Notes: a model not told the origin generated them from the sequence alone. DNA of 30,424 bases from Planctomycetota bacterium (GCA_027001995.1 JALTLO010000204.1:1698-32121), one strand, 5' to 3'. Numbered from the stretch's first letter, positions 16,891 through 26,364 are shown. Program-made: numbers and translations.

Positions 16891-18594
16891 ATGTCAAAAG
16901 GACGCATGCCTTTGTGGATGGCCGTATTCGCCATCTGTGCACTTTTGGGCCTGCCGAGTCAGGCACAGTCAGGAGGAGACGTCAACGAACGACTGTCTTC
17001 ACTTGAGAAGCAAGTCGCTGCATTGTTGTCGGAGAACGCTGGCCTGAGGGCCAAGGTCGACAGCATGGAAGAGAACCAAGCCGATTCTGGTGGCATGGGA
17101 GGCGAAAGCGATCTTTCGCGTGCTATTGAAGATGTCATGAGCTCAGGCAACTTCGGTGTTGTCAGTACACCTGCTGGTGTCAGCGCCCTGACCTTCGATG
17201 GTGAAACCCGCGCTCGATTAGATTTCCGTAGCAATACCGGCGACCTACGTGATGACGTAGATGACGACGGCATTCGCCTCGATTTTCGTTTCAACTTGGG
17301 AATGAAGTACCAGTTCAACGACAACGTCACCACCTATTTCGAAATCCAAGCTGCCGGTCGCGGTTCAAACAACACCGCAGAAGATATCGCTTCCGGTATC
17401 GGTGGTGCTGGCGCTGGAGCTTTCGAGGCTCGGGGCAATGAATTGGACGAAGTTCGTCTCTACCAGGCCTGGGTTCAACTCAACGATATCCTCGGTGTTG
17501 ACTCCTTAGGTCTTAAAGTGGGTCGTCAAGAGCTGGTCTATGGCAGTGGTTTGCTCTTAGGCTCCAACAACTTCTTCACGGGATTCGTCCATGACGCTGT
17601 TCGCCTGGACTATCGCATCGACGGTCTCAGCGCAGATGTTAGCTTCTTCTACTCCAAACAAGGAGCCGCCGACGGTCAGGTAACTCCAGGTTTGGCAACA
17701 GGTGGATTGTTCACTGGACGCTTCCGTGCCAGTGGCGACGAAGATGAAATGCTTGGGATCTACACCGCATTTGAGCCAGAAGGCCTCGACCCTCTCAAGA
17801 TCGATGTCTACTGGATCTACTTCAATGCTCGGAGTGCTGGAAATGGCGTTCGCCCCGACAACGTCACAACATCCGCTGACCCAGGAATCGATTCCTTCGG
17901 ACGTGCTGTTATTGGTGGGCGTACCCACACCATAGGCATGTGGGCTCGTGGAGACGATATTTTCGTCGAAGGTCTCTACCTCAGTGCCGAGTTCGCTTTT
18001 CAGACCGGAAGCGATGAAAACGACCAAGATCTCAATGCATTCATTGTGGAACTCGCCATTGAATTCCGTCCCTCGTTCCTGAGCGATGTGAACGGTGCCT
18101 TCTATGCGGGTTACTACTTTGCTGAAGGGCCGGACAACGGCGAGTCTCAAGGCTTCACACCCTTATTCAACTCACGCCATAACAACGAACCAATCCGTGG
18201 TCACGGTGCTTACTCCCGATTCGGTAACATCGATTTCATTCCAGCCTCAAACGTCCACGTCTTCCAGATTGGTTTCAAATTTGAACCAAGTCCGGACTGG
18301 GTCTTCGGTGTGACCTACCTCTTCGCCGCCTTGGATGAATCTCAGAATCCTTTGACATTCACCCCTAACGGTGCAGCATACGCTGATGACGGAAACCTTG
18401 GCCACGAAATCGACATCTACGCTCAATATCAAATGACCGAGCAAACTGTCTTCTTCTTCAACTTCTCCGTCTTTATTCCCACATTCGATTTCTTTGAAAC
18501 CAATCCATTTGCCGTGGGCAACAGCAATGGTTTCAACAAGATCGACAGTGATGTGGCGGTGGCGGCATACGCCCAAGTGCGCGTGACTTTCTAA
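16891..18594 (+). CDS. Outer-membrane beta-barrel, alginate export (AlgE-like) family, with N-terminal coiled coil
   Basis: GGGAG before ATG 16891; signal peptide ending SQA-Q; 'RLYQAWV', 'LKVGRQELVYGSGLLLG', 'HDAVRL', 'LGHEIDIY'; C-terminal beta-signal VRVTF. Confidence 0.85.
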   Translation: MSKGRMPLWMAVFAICALLGLPSQAQSGGDVNERLSSLEKQVAALLSENAGLRAKVDSMEENQADSGGMGGESDLSRAIEDVMSSGNFGVVSTPAGVSALTFDGETRARLDFRSNTGDLRDDVDDDGIRLDFRFNLGMKYQFNDNVTTYFEIQAAGRGSNNTAEDIASGIGGAGAGAFEARGNELDEVRLYQAWVQLNDILGVDSLGLKVGRQELVYGSGLLLGSNNFFTGFVHDAVRLDYRIDGLSADVSFFYSKQGAADGQVTPGLATGGLFTGRFRASGDEDEMLGIYTAFEPEGLDPLKIDVYWIYFNARSAGNGVRPDNVTTSADPGIDSFGRAVIGGRTHTIGMWARGDDIFVEGLYLSAEFAFQTGSDENDQDLNAFIVELAIEFRPSFLSDVNGAFYAGYYFAEGPDNGESQGFTPLFNSRHNNEPIRGHGAYSRFGNIDFIPASNVHVFQIGFKFEPSPDWVFGVTYLFAALDESQNPLTFTPNGAAYADDGNLGHEIDIYAQYQMTEQTVFFFNFSVFIPTFDFFETNPFAVGNSNGFNKIDSDVAVAAYAQVRVTF

Positions 18595-18640
18595 GATCAC
18601 GGCCAATGCTCTTGGTCTCTTGACTAAGAAGAAAACGCTT

Positions 18641-18670
18641 AAGCCCCGGAGAAACTCTCCGGGGCTTTTC
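18641..18670 (+). terminator. Intrinsic terminator of the beta-barrel gene
   Basis: AAGCCCCGGAGA-AAC-TCTCCGGGGCTT followed by TTC. Confidence 0.85.
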
Positions 18671-18805
18671 TCATGGCTACACCCTCCAGCACAAAGGCTC
18701 TCCTCAATTCTCACGTTTCGAGGGCCATAGATCCCCCCTGACTGCCAACGTTCTTTTCAGCGATGACGTCAAGCAAACCCCGTCCTTGCATCAGCTATCC
18801 GACAA

Positions 18806-18839
18806 TGGACAAATTCCAGGCCCAAGACTATGTTAAACT
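18806..18839 (+). promoter_or_regulatory. Putative sigma70 promoter for the ATPase/TOPRIM pair
   Basis: TGGACA-17 nt-TATGTT (18829-18834), overlapping an extended -10 TGtTAAACT (18831-18839). Confidence 0.5.
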
Positions 18840-18902
18840 CCAACTTGAGCTGAAAATCATGCCACAAGTGCACAATCGCATTATTTGCCCGAGGATCGAT
18901 GG

Positions 18903-20012
18903 ATGATCAAGACAATCTATGTGGACAACTTCAAGAGCCTCATGAATTTTGAGGTGTCGTTAACAAGGTTCCAGTTATGGATGGGAGAGAACGGCTCGGG
19001 AAAGACATCTGCTTTCGATGCTTTGCGCTCGATCCAACGAGTCTTGTCTGGCGATCATGTACAGGACATATTTCCGGCCTCAACGCTCACCAAATGGAGC
19101 ACCAAATCAATCCAAAAATTCTCGGTCAAAATCATCATTGACGGTGAAGAATTTGACTATGAGTTGATCGTTGAGCACAACATGGAGAATCGCTTGTGTC
19201 GTATCAAAGATGAAACTCTGAAGTGGAAAGGCAAATTATTCTTCCGGTTTGATGGGACCGATGCCCACCTCTATCGGGTAAACCGACACACAACCTTGAT
19301 CGAAGAAGGGACTCATTTCCCAGCAGACTGGGGACGCTCGATGATTGCGAGCTTGGCGGAAAGACCGGACAACAAAGCCCTCATTCACTTTCGAAACAAG
19401 GTGCAACAATGGGTGATCATCCAACCCATTTCTTTGCTAATAGATCCAATATCGAAGGCTCCATCAAGAAGACTAACGAAACACGCTGAGAATTTTGCTG
19501 CATGGTACGCACACGAATTGCAGGAAAGCCCTCGCACGTCATTCGGAGCGCGAGCATCCTTATGCGATGTTTTGCCCGGTTTCGAAGAACTCAGTTTGAG
19601 GACCTCAGGAGATTCTCGCAAACTAAGTGCGGTGTTTCGCATCGATGGCCAAGACTACCCCTTCGGATTTGATCAGCTCTCGGATGGACAAAAGCAGCTT
19701 ATCCTTCTCTACACGATTTTAGAATCAGCAAAACTTCAAAGTGACTCAGTCATGCTCATGGACGAACCGGACAATTTCGTTTCCCTTCGTGAGATTCAGC
19801 CATGGCTTGTAGCAATCAGAGAAATCTGTGACACAAAGGGTTCTCAATCGATCATTATTTCTCACCATCCGGACGTACTCAATGAACTGGCTCACGGCAC
19901 AGAAGTTTGGTTCTCTCGTCCCCAAGGGGCTCACGTCGTAACGAACCCTTTTCCCGTTGTCGATGGGCTATCCGTTAGCGAGACCGTGGCGCGAGGTTGG
20001 GATGACGAATAG
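18903..20012 (+). CDS. Soluble ABC-type ATPase (AAA_21/AAA_15-like; OLD/AriA-type)
   Basis: 'IYVDNFKS', Walker A GENGSGKT, signature LSDGQ, Walker B MLMDEPDN, H-loop SHHP; no permease gene nearby. Confidence 0.9.
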   Translation: MIKTIYVDNFKSLMNFEVSLTRFQLWMGENGSGKTSAFDALRSIQRVLSGDHVQDIFPASTLTKWSTKSIQKFSVKIIIDGEEFDYELIVEHNMENRLCRIKDETLKWKGKLFFRFDGTDAHLYRVNRHTTLIEEGTHFPADWGRSMIASLAERPDNKALIHFRNKVQQWVIIQPISLLIDPISKAPSRRLTKHAENFAAWYAHELQESPRTSFGARASLCDVLPGFEELSLRTSGDSRKLSAVFRIDGQDYPFGFDQLSDGQKQLILLYTILESAKLQSDSVMLMDEPDNFVSLREIQPWLVAIREICDTKGSQSIIISHHPDVLNELAHGTEVWFSRPQGAHVVTNPFPVVDGLSVSETVARGWDDE

Positions 20013-20571
20013 AGCCTCGCAAGTGATCCTCCTCTGCGAGGACCACCTAATGGAAGTTTTTCTTCGACGATTCCTGAGCAAAGGTTGGGGCATTAAGCAA
20101 CGAGCAATACGGGTCATGTCATATCCACGCGGACAAGGGTCAGGGGAACAATTCGTGAGAAAGCAATACCCCAACCAGCTGAAGGCGTTTCGGAAACGGC
20201 AACAGCGTGCCTCAACGATTCTTGTGGTTGCACTTGATGCAGACACGGACACCGTCGAGCAGCATCATCTTGAATTGGCCAAAGCTTGCGTGCACGCCAA
20301 CATAGAGCCAAGGCAAGATGGAGAGTCTGTCATTCACTTGGTGCCAAAACATCACATTGAAACCTGGCTTGCTTACTTAGCCAAGCTCTCGGTGAACGAA
20401 GAACAAGAATACAAGAACCGCTACGGATTTCGAAAGAGAGAGTCAGACATTCATCCGCTTGTTGACGGGTTAGCGCACAGCTGCAAGAACAATCTCCACC
20501 TGGTGTCGGCACCTCCATCGCTCCTTCGTACTTGCAAAGAGTTCGAGAGAATCCGAGGGAAGCTTCCTTAA
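20002..20571 (+). CDS. TOPRIM-like protein (DUF4276/RloB/AriB-like) coupled to the ATPase
   Basis: ATG 20002 (GAGG upstream) overlaps the ATPase 3' end; VILLCED, VVALDAD (DxD) and IETWL motifs. Confidence 0.7.
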   Translation: MTNRASQVILLCEDHLMEVFLRRFLSKGWGIKQRAIRVMSYPRGQGSGEQFVRKQYPNQLKAFRKRQQRASTILVVALDADTDTVEQHHLELAKACVHANIEPRQDGESVIHLVPKHHIETWLAYLAKLSVNEEQEYKNRYGFRKRESDIHPLVDGLAHSCKNNLHLVSAPPSLLRTCKEFERIRGKLP

Positions 20572-20620
20572 GACGCCCCTCGAATCCAGGAACACCCCGC
20601 AACTCCGTCCCCGATTGGTC

Positions 20621-23600
20621 TTAACGAATTGGGACGATGGCTAAGCGAAGCCCGGAAAGCAAGGCATGCTTGCCAGCGGAAATGTTCGTGGAGCGGGTAC
20701 CCACTTCCAGGGCTTTGTATTTCAACGAGTAGGAAGCATCACTGACAGAACCACCTTTAAGCCCGAAACCTTTGGCTGCCGTGCGCACGATTTCCGAGAC
20801 GTTGCCTGACAAGAACTTAAAAGGGCTGGAGTTTTCAGAATCAACGGGCTGAAGAGCCTCGTACCATTTTTTCTTGCCTTGGCGAAAGTTCTTGTTGCGA
20901 TATTTAGAAGGCACACGATTCCCGCCAAAAGCGTATCCCCCGGCTCCCTTCGTTTGAAGCTCACCAGCTTTGTTCCACGCTTGTTCGGTTGGAATAGCGA
21001 CACGAACCGGACCGCCAAAAATGGCTTGAAGTTGGCCGGCTTCAGAACTGCTATTGATTTGATTCACCAAGGCCTTGGCCATATTTGGCGTCATCGGCGA
21101 CAAAGGTAAATTATCACGGCTACGCACCTTCTCTCCGTCCCCTCGCGCATTTTTCTTGGCTTGCTTCTTTGCCGCACCTCCATCAAAGCGGGTGGCGAAC
21201 CCTTGGGACACCTCAACTTCTGCGATCCAAACGGGTTTGTTTGTGGGTCCCACCACAACACGGTGGAATCTGATTCCCAGAGCTGACTGCAGAGCATCCT
21301 TTTTGTAAGAAGAATAGTCGGGTCCTCGATTGATGGGGCGAACAGGCTTGCCGCCGTCCGGGTTGGCTACGACGGGTGCTGCACCAGCTGCTTGCTTCTT
21401 GAGTTTCGCCCACAAGGCTGGCTGAGTCACGCCAACGGACTTTTTGGCCAGGCTGGCCATATTCTTCAAAGACTGAAAGAACTCACTGAGGTCAGACTCA
21501 AGGGGGATCAACTCGGTACTCTTGAGTCCAGTGGCATCCCAAGTCTGGGACAATTGACTGGCCGCACTGAGGACCTCCCCAGCGGTTCGATCGATACCTC
21601 GAGCAGTATAGGCTTGAAGCCCAGTCAAAGTACTGTGCGCCTCGTCCAATGCCGCCTTGGCCTCCCTTAATCCCCGCCTTGAGATCTTACCGCTGGTTTT
21701 CCGGGATTTCCGTTCAAAAGTGGGTCGAACCTCACTCATGGCCTCCTCTGCCAAACTCGTTCTAGCCTCAGCTATCACGGCCAGCCACTCGTCATCGTTC
21801 CTCTCGGCTTTGTTGCCAAAGTCGTCTTCGAAGCGAACAGTGACTGCATCTCGCTTGGCACTGATCCCAAAGACTTCTTTACCCAAAGATACCTGAGCGA
21901 TGAACAGAGGAGCCTTGCCCGACACGGCGATGACCTGCCCGCCAATAGTCACCACGGGCTGACCGTTTCCTGGGTTGGCATCGTCAACACGAATCTCAAG
22001 GGCGACCTTTCCTTGGCGCGCTGGCTTCCCATTGATCTCAATGGAAGGCACGTCGAAATCGTAACTTCCTGCTTTGGGCCCTGAGAACGTAAGAGCAACC
22101 TCCTCTCCACTTAATCCCCATTGTGGAGCTTCAATGGAGATATTGGCTCCTAAAGTCAGATCACCACCAGATTGACCTCTCGAAGGGCTATAGAGGTCTT
22201 TAGGTGCGCCTATGACCACAAGAGTCTTGCCGTTGTCGCTCACCTCTGCATCAATGTTGCCAACTCCAGCAATCTTGATGGTGCCGTCTGAAACGAGGTC
22301 AACAATTCCTTGGGCTAAAGGCAGAGGGATGCGAACACACTTGACGCTGGAGTTGATCCAGGCGCGATTGACAAACTTCACAGCGGCGCCATCAACAAAG
22401 GTCGGCTTTGCGCGACTCCCTGTACCCAACAAGTTGGCGCTCAAGGACGCCTCCAAGGCTCGTTTTTGCAAGTTCAGATCGTAAGGCAGAGATTTGCCAA
22501 AGACTTCCAAGAAGCCGATTTGAACCAAAGGATGGGCCCGAGCGGCCAACTTAACTCGCATGGCCTCCACGTGAACACCGACCTTGGATTTATAAGTCGC
22601 TTGATCATCCTGATAGTCATTGAGAAAATCGACCAACTGCTTGGTAACAGCAAAAATCTCCGACACCTTGGGCTGGTCGCCTATGTTCTTCACAAGACTG
22701 TCGAGCGATGCCCAAACCGCACCGGCATCCCGACGATAGGGACCATACATGGCGCTCCACGCTCCCATGAAACCTTCAGCGATTTGGTCCGTCGATTGCG
22801 TCTTAACCAAAGATAAAACCCGATCTCGGGCTCTGTCGTGTTGCGCTGCTTCGGAATTCTGTCCCTTGTCGTCGAGACTCGCCATGACCCTCTCAAGATT
22901 CGCCTTGAACTCAGGCCCCTTGATGGTTTCCTCCAACCCATTGAGGACGGCGGTGGCAAACATATCAAGTGGTAGACCACTCTTGGCTACCGTGTCTAAA
23001 TTCTCTGGCCATTGCAGAGGATCGAAGCCCAGGTCTTTTGCAAACCACATGGCCATTTTGCCCTGGAAAACCGCGTCCTTCCGAATCCTCGCGAGGCCAA
23101 TGGAAACAGCGATCCGGCGATCGCGGGCTTCGAAACCGTTGGCGATAAAGCTGTCAGCCTTCTTCATAGCGGCGACACCACTCACTTGATCAGCAGCGGC
23201 TGGAGTCACGCCAGCAGCCTTCAAGCAAGCATCAGTCAACAGGGATGTCAATTGTCCCAAGTTCTCAGCACTCTTGATTTGTCGACTCACCCAAGACTCA
23301 ATGGCCGGAAACAGGGTCTTGCCGTAGTCCGGGTTTTCCTGCAACAGCGTTTGAACCTGCTCATCTATGGTGCTCGTCCAAGTCGGACCAAGTTTTTCTA
23401 ACGCAATGGCGGTAGCGGAGAGGCTATTGTTCCACAGTTTTTCCTTACGACTCACCACGAATGAATGCCAGAAACTCGGCGAAAAACGAGAATTGACGGC
23501 CTGAAGTTGCTTCAGACTATCGACAAGAGGTTTTTCGGCATCGGCTTCCAGAACCTTCCATTGACCTTCACTCACTTCTGTGGCGGCAAGAAAATTGCGA

Positions 23601-25888
23601 GCAGCTTGGGCAAAATTCTGAACTTCATTGCTGCCCACAGCTCCATCATCTGTTGCCTTGATGGCCTCCAGAGCTTCAGTAGTCTTGCCAAGCAAGGACG
23701 CAGCGTTCTTGTCGTCGACTTGAATGGCAAAAACATCGGTGCCGAGTTGAGCCAGAATTAAGGAAGCCAGTTCTGCCCGTCTATCACTCCCCGCTTCTAA
23801 GAGGTCGAATGTTGCCGGTGTAATCCCGGCGTAATCACTGCCAGCGATTTTGGCTTTGACCGCGTCGTACTCCGCCACAAGAGGGTCGTCACCGGTTAGA
23901 TTCGCTGGTGGTGGGACCGGTGTATCAGAATTTTGCGAGTTGATGAAAGCAAAGACCGCCACCAAAGCCACAACGACGCTGGAGACAATAAGAGCGACCT
24001 TCTTGCCACTCATGCCGGTTTCCACCGGAGCCATGGCCCGGGTTTGGCCTGTGTTTCGGTCCGCCGCTCCTCCCACTTCCTTTTCCCAATCCTCTGGGAT
24101 AGTTTGCAAAGGAACAGCCTTATGCTTGTTAGCTTGAGGCTCGAGTTTAGAAACGCGAACGATATCTTGGGCCAATTCCTTCATCGATTGATATCGATTC
24201 GCCGGACTCTTGTGCATAGCCTTTTCGACAATCTTGCACAAGGCGTCTGGGTTGCGGAAAGAACCCTTGACCAACAAGGGAGGTGGGTTCGACTGGAGAT
24301 GTTGCATGATCAAGATGCCATCGGTGAATGGCAATTCTCCGGCTAGCATCTCGTACATCATTACGCCCAAGCAATAGATGTCTGCCCGACGGTCAACGCG
24401 GCCTTGCAGGTCGCATTGCTCAGGAGAAATGTACTGGGCAGTTCCTTTGGCCATGGTGGTGTTCTTACCACCGGTCATCTCGTCGCCCTTTTGCTCAAAA
24501 CGCTTGGCGATACCAAAGTCGCAGACTTTCGTTCGCCCTTCTTTGTTGCGCAACATGTTGCCAGGTTTCACATCCCGGTGAACGATGTTCTTTTGATGAG
24601 CGTGATGAAGGCCTCGGCAAATATCGATCATGGTGCGATAGAAGACATTTTCTGCCATGCCTTCTTGCTGCTCGCCCGACTCAATGATGTCTTCTAAGGA
24701 GCCCGCCTCCATTAACTCCATAGCCAAAGCTGGACGCCCCTGGAAGGTGCCGAACTCGTGAATTTGGACGATATTCTCATGTTTGAGGGCCCGATCAGCC
24801 TCATTCATCAGTGTCTCTTCGTCCCAATCACTTGCCCCTTCCCTTGCGATTTTCAGGGCGAAGCGTTCGCCCCCATCTTTCGCTTCAACTTCGAACACCT
24901 CCGAGTTGCCGCCAACGCCGATCTTCTTGATCATGCGATAGGTATCGTCGAGAGACTTCTTCGGGCGATCCCGTTTATTCAAAACATTCAAAACGTCAAA
25001 TAAAGCCTCTTTGAACTCACCAGCAGACTGGTAGCGGCTCTTGCCATCTTTCGCCAGCGCCTTCTTCAGCACTTCCCACAGACGGTAAGAAATCGCCCCA
25101 CCGTCGGCGCAGGTGTCAATGGGTGGTGGCGGGTTCTCTTTGTGCTGTTGCAGGATGTCTTGGAGGTAGATGCCACGAAATGGAGGAATGCCCGCCAAGA
25201 GTTCGTAGAGGATGATGCCACAAGAATAGAGGTCCGTCCTTGCATCCACATCTTTGGGACGCAAAAACTGCTCAACCGCCATGTAATGGGGGGAGCCAGG
25301 GATCTCGCTACCCTTCCCTTGCATTTTGCGAGTTACTTTTTCGTAACCAAGCCCCTCTTGATAAGGCTTAGACAAACCGAAATCGAGAAGGCGAACGGCC
25401 AAAGGATTTTCATAGACGCAAATGTTATGGGGCTTGAGATCACGATGAACAAATCGTCGGTGATGAATGGGCTCCAGCACCGAGAGAATCTCAACCACGA
25501 TCTGGATTGCCCGAATTTGTTTCAAGCCATTGGCGTTGTCGGCGATGATTTTGTCGAGGGTAGGGGCTTGGACAAATTCCATAACCAAGAACATCTGGCC
25601 ATTTTCGATTTGCCCACCGTCTTCGTATTGAACGATACCCCGGAACGCTTTGAGATCTTGCAGCACGCGCATTTCCCGCTCAAATCGCTCCCGTGAGCTA
25701 TCGCCATCGGCGGACAATTCAGCATGGAGAAACTTGACAGCCACCTTGCGGCCGGTTCCTTCCGTCTCAGCTAAATAGACCGACCCCATACCGCCAGCGC
25801 CAATCTCGCTGAGGATGCGATAGCTCTTTGACTCTCCTTTAACGGAAGTCCCAAGGATGGCGGCGGAATCTAAGGTGTCATCTGACAT
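20621..25888 (-). CDS. Membrane Ser/Thr kinase with two tandem kinase domains, one TM helix, a large extracytoplasmic region and a C-terminal FGE-sulfatase-like domain
   Basis: Kinase 1: GAGGMGSV, VAVK, HRDLKPHN, DFG. Kinase 2: GVGGNSEV, FALK, HRDVKPGN, DFG, SPEQ. TM VALIVSSVVVALVAVFAFI. C-terminal EVS, IPTEQAW, SGNVSE, KGGS, GLRL. Confidence 0.9.
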   Translation of the reverse strand: MSDDTLDSAAILGTSVKGESKSYRILSEIGAGGMGSVYLAETEGTGRKVAVKFLHAELSADGDSSRERFEREMRVLQDLKAFRGIVQYEDGGQIENGQMFLVMEFVQAPTLDKIIADNANGLKQIRAIQIVVEILSVLEPIHHRRFVHRDLKPHNICVYENPLAVRLLDFGLSKPYQEGLGYEKVTRKMQGKGSEIPGSPHYMAVEQFLRPKDVDARTDLYSCGIILYELLAGIPPFRGIYLQDILQQHKENPPPPIDTCADGGAISYRLWEVLKKALAKDGKSRYQSAGEFKEALFDVLNVLNKRDRPKKSLDDTYRMIKKIGVGGNSEVFEVEAKDGGERFALKIAREGASDWDEETLMNEADRALKHENIVQIHEFGTFQGRPALAMELMEAGSLEDIIESGEQQEGMAENVFYRTMIDICRGLHHAHQKNIVHRDVKPGNMLRNKEGRTKVCDFGIAKRFEQKGDEMTGGKNTTMAKGTAQYISPEQCDLQGRVDRRADIYCLGVMMYEMLAGELPFTDGILIMQHLQSNPPPLLVKGSFRNPDALCKIVEKAMHKSPANRYQSMKELAQDIVRVSKLEPQANKHKAVPLQTIPEDWEKEVGGAADRNTGQTRAMAPVETGMSGKKVALIVSSVVVALVAVFAFINSQNSDTPVPPPANLTGDDPLVAEYDAVKAKIAGSDYAGITPATFDLLEAGSDRRAELASLILAQLGTDVFAIQVDDKNAASLLGKTTEALEAIKATDDGAVGSNEVQNFAQAARNFLAATEVSEGQWKVLEADAEKPLVDSLKQLQAVNSRFSPSFWHSFVVSRKEKLWNNSLSATAIALEKLGPTWTSTIDEQVQTLLQENPDYGKTLFPAIESWVSRQIKSAENLGQLTSLLTDACLKAAGVTPAAADQVSGVAAMKKADSFIANGFEARDRRIAVSIGLARIRKDAVFQGKMAMWFAKDLGFDPLQWPENLDTVAKSGLPLDMFATAVLNGLEETIKGPEFKANLERVMASLDDKGQNSEAAQHDRARDRVLSLVKTQSTDQIAEGFMGAWSAMYGPYRRDAGAVWASLDSLVKNIGDQPKVSEIFAVTKQLVDFLNDYQDDQATYKSKVGVHVEAMRVKLAARAHPLVQIGFLEVFGKSLPYDLNLQKRALEASLSANLLGTGSRAKPTFVDGAAVKFVNRAWINSSVKCVRIPLPLAQGIVDLVSDGTIKIAGVGNIDAEVSDNGKTLVVIGAPKDLYSPSRGQSGGDLTLGANISIEAPQWGLSGEEVALTFSGPKAGSYDFDVPSIEINGKPARQGKVALEIRVDDANPGNGQPVVTIGGQVIAVSGKAPLFIAQVSLGKEVFGISAKRDAVTVRFEDDFGNKAERNDDEWLAVIAEARTSLAEEAMSEVRPTFERKSRKTSGKISRRGLREAKAALDEAHSTLTGLQAYTARGIDRTAGEVLSAASQLSQTWDATGLKSTELIPLESDLSEFFQSLKNMASLAKKSVGVTQPALWAKLKKQAAGAAPVVANPDGGKPVRPINRGPDYSSYKKDALQSALGIRFHRVVVGPTNKPVWIAEVEVSQGFATRFDGGAAKKQAKKNARGDGEKVRSRDNLPLSPMTPNMAKALVNQINSSSEAGQLQAIFGGPVRVAIPTEQAWNKAGELQTKGAGGYAFGGNRVPSKYRNKNFRQGKKKWYEALQPVDSENSSPFKFLSGNVSEIVRTAAKGFGLKGGSVSDASYSLKYKALEVGTRSTNISAGKHALLSGLRLAIVPIR

Positions 25889-25974
25889 GAATTACTGCTC
25901 TCGGGGAGGTTTCTTATTCGGGCAGGAGCAGATAAATACTCACGCCCCCACATATTCACCACAGTTCTATATCA

Positions 25975-26002
25975 ACAATAAGCCCAAGCGCCTCCACGTC
26001 AA
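25975..26002 (-). promoter_or_regulatory. Putative sigma70 promoter for the dual kinase
   Basis: Minus strand TTGACG (26002-25997)-16 nt-TATTGT (25980-25975). Confidence 0.45.
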
Positions 26003-26364
26003 CAACTTGTGGGCGCGAGAAGTCGATAACAGAGACGAATGGTTGCCCCTTAGCCTACACCATAGGGGCCCACACATTTGATTGTAACCTGTGACAGACA
26101 AGAAAGATGCCGATATTTCTCCTCTGTCTTTCAACGCCTTTGTTTCTGGAGCAAAGGCAAGAATGGTCCCAGGCCCGATCAACCGGAGGGCTTCCCTCAT
26201 GATTGGCGATCTTAAGACCGTCAAATGTCTGAATACTGAGTTAAGATCGGCCACGTCCTGCAAAGGGCGAAAGTCCAAAAATTAATAATCCAAACGATCC
26301 AAGAATTCACGGCCCCAAGGCCAACAATTCCGAGCCGAACACCAAAGACGACTCGGCCAACGAT

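Noticed and set aside
20621..20800. DGR variable region at the FGE-like C-terminus
   Set aside because: No template repeat, reverse transcriptase or avd gene seen in the window; a remote DGR cannot be excluded.
26262..26280. GGCGAAAGTCC resembling the RNase P RNA GAGGAAAGUCC motif
   Set aside because: Imperfect match and none of the other RNase P conserved regions found.
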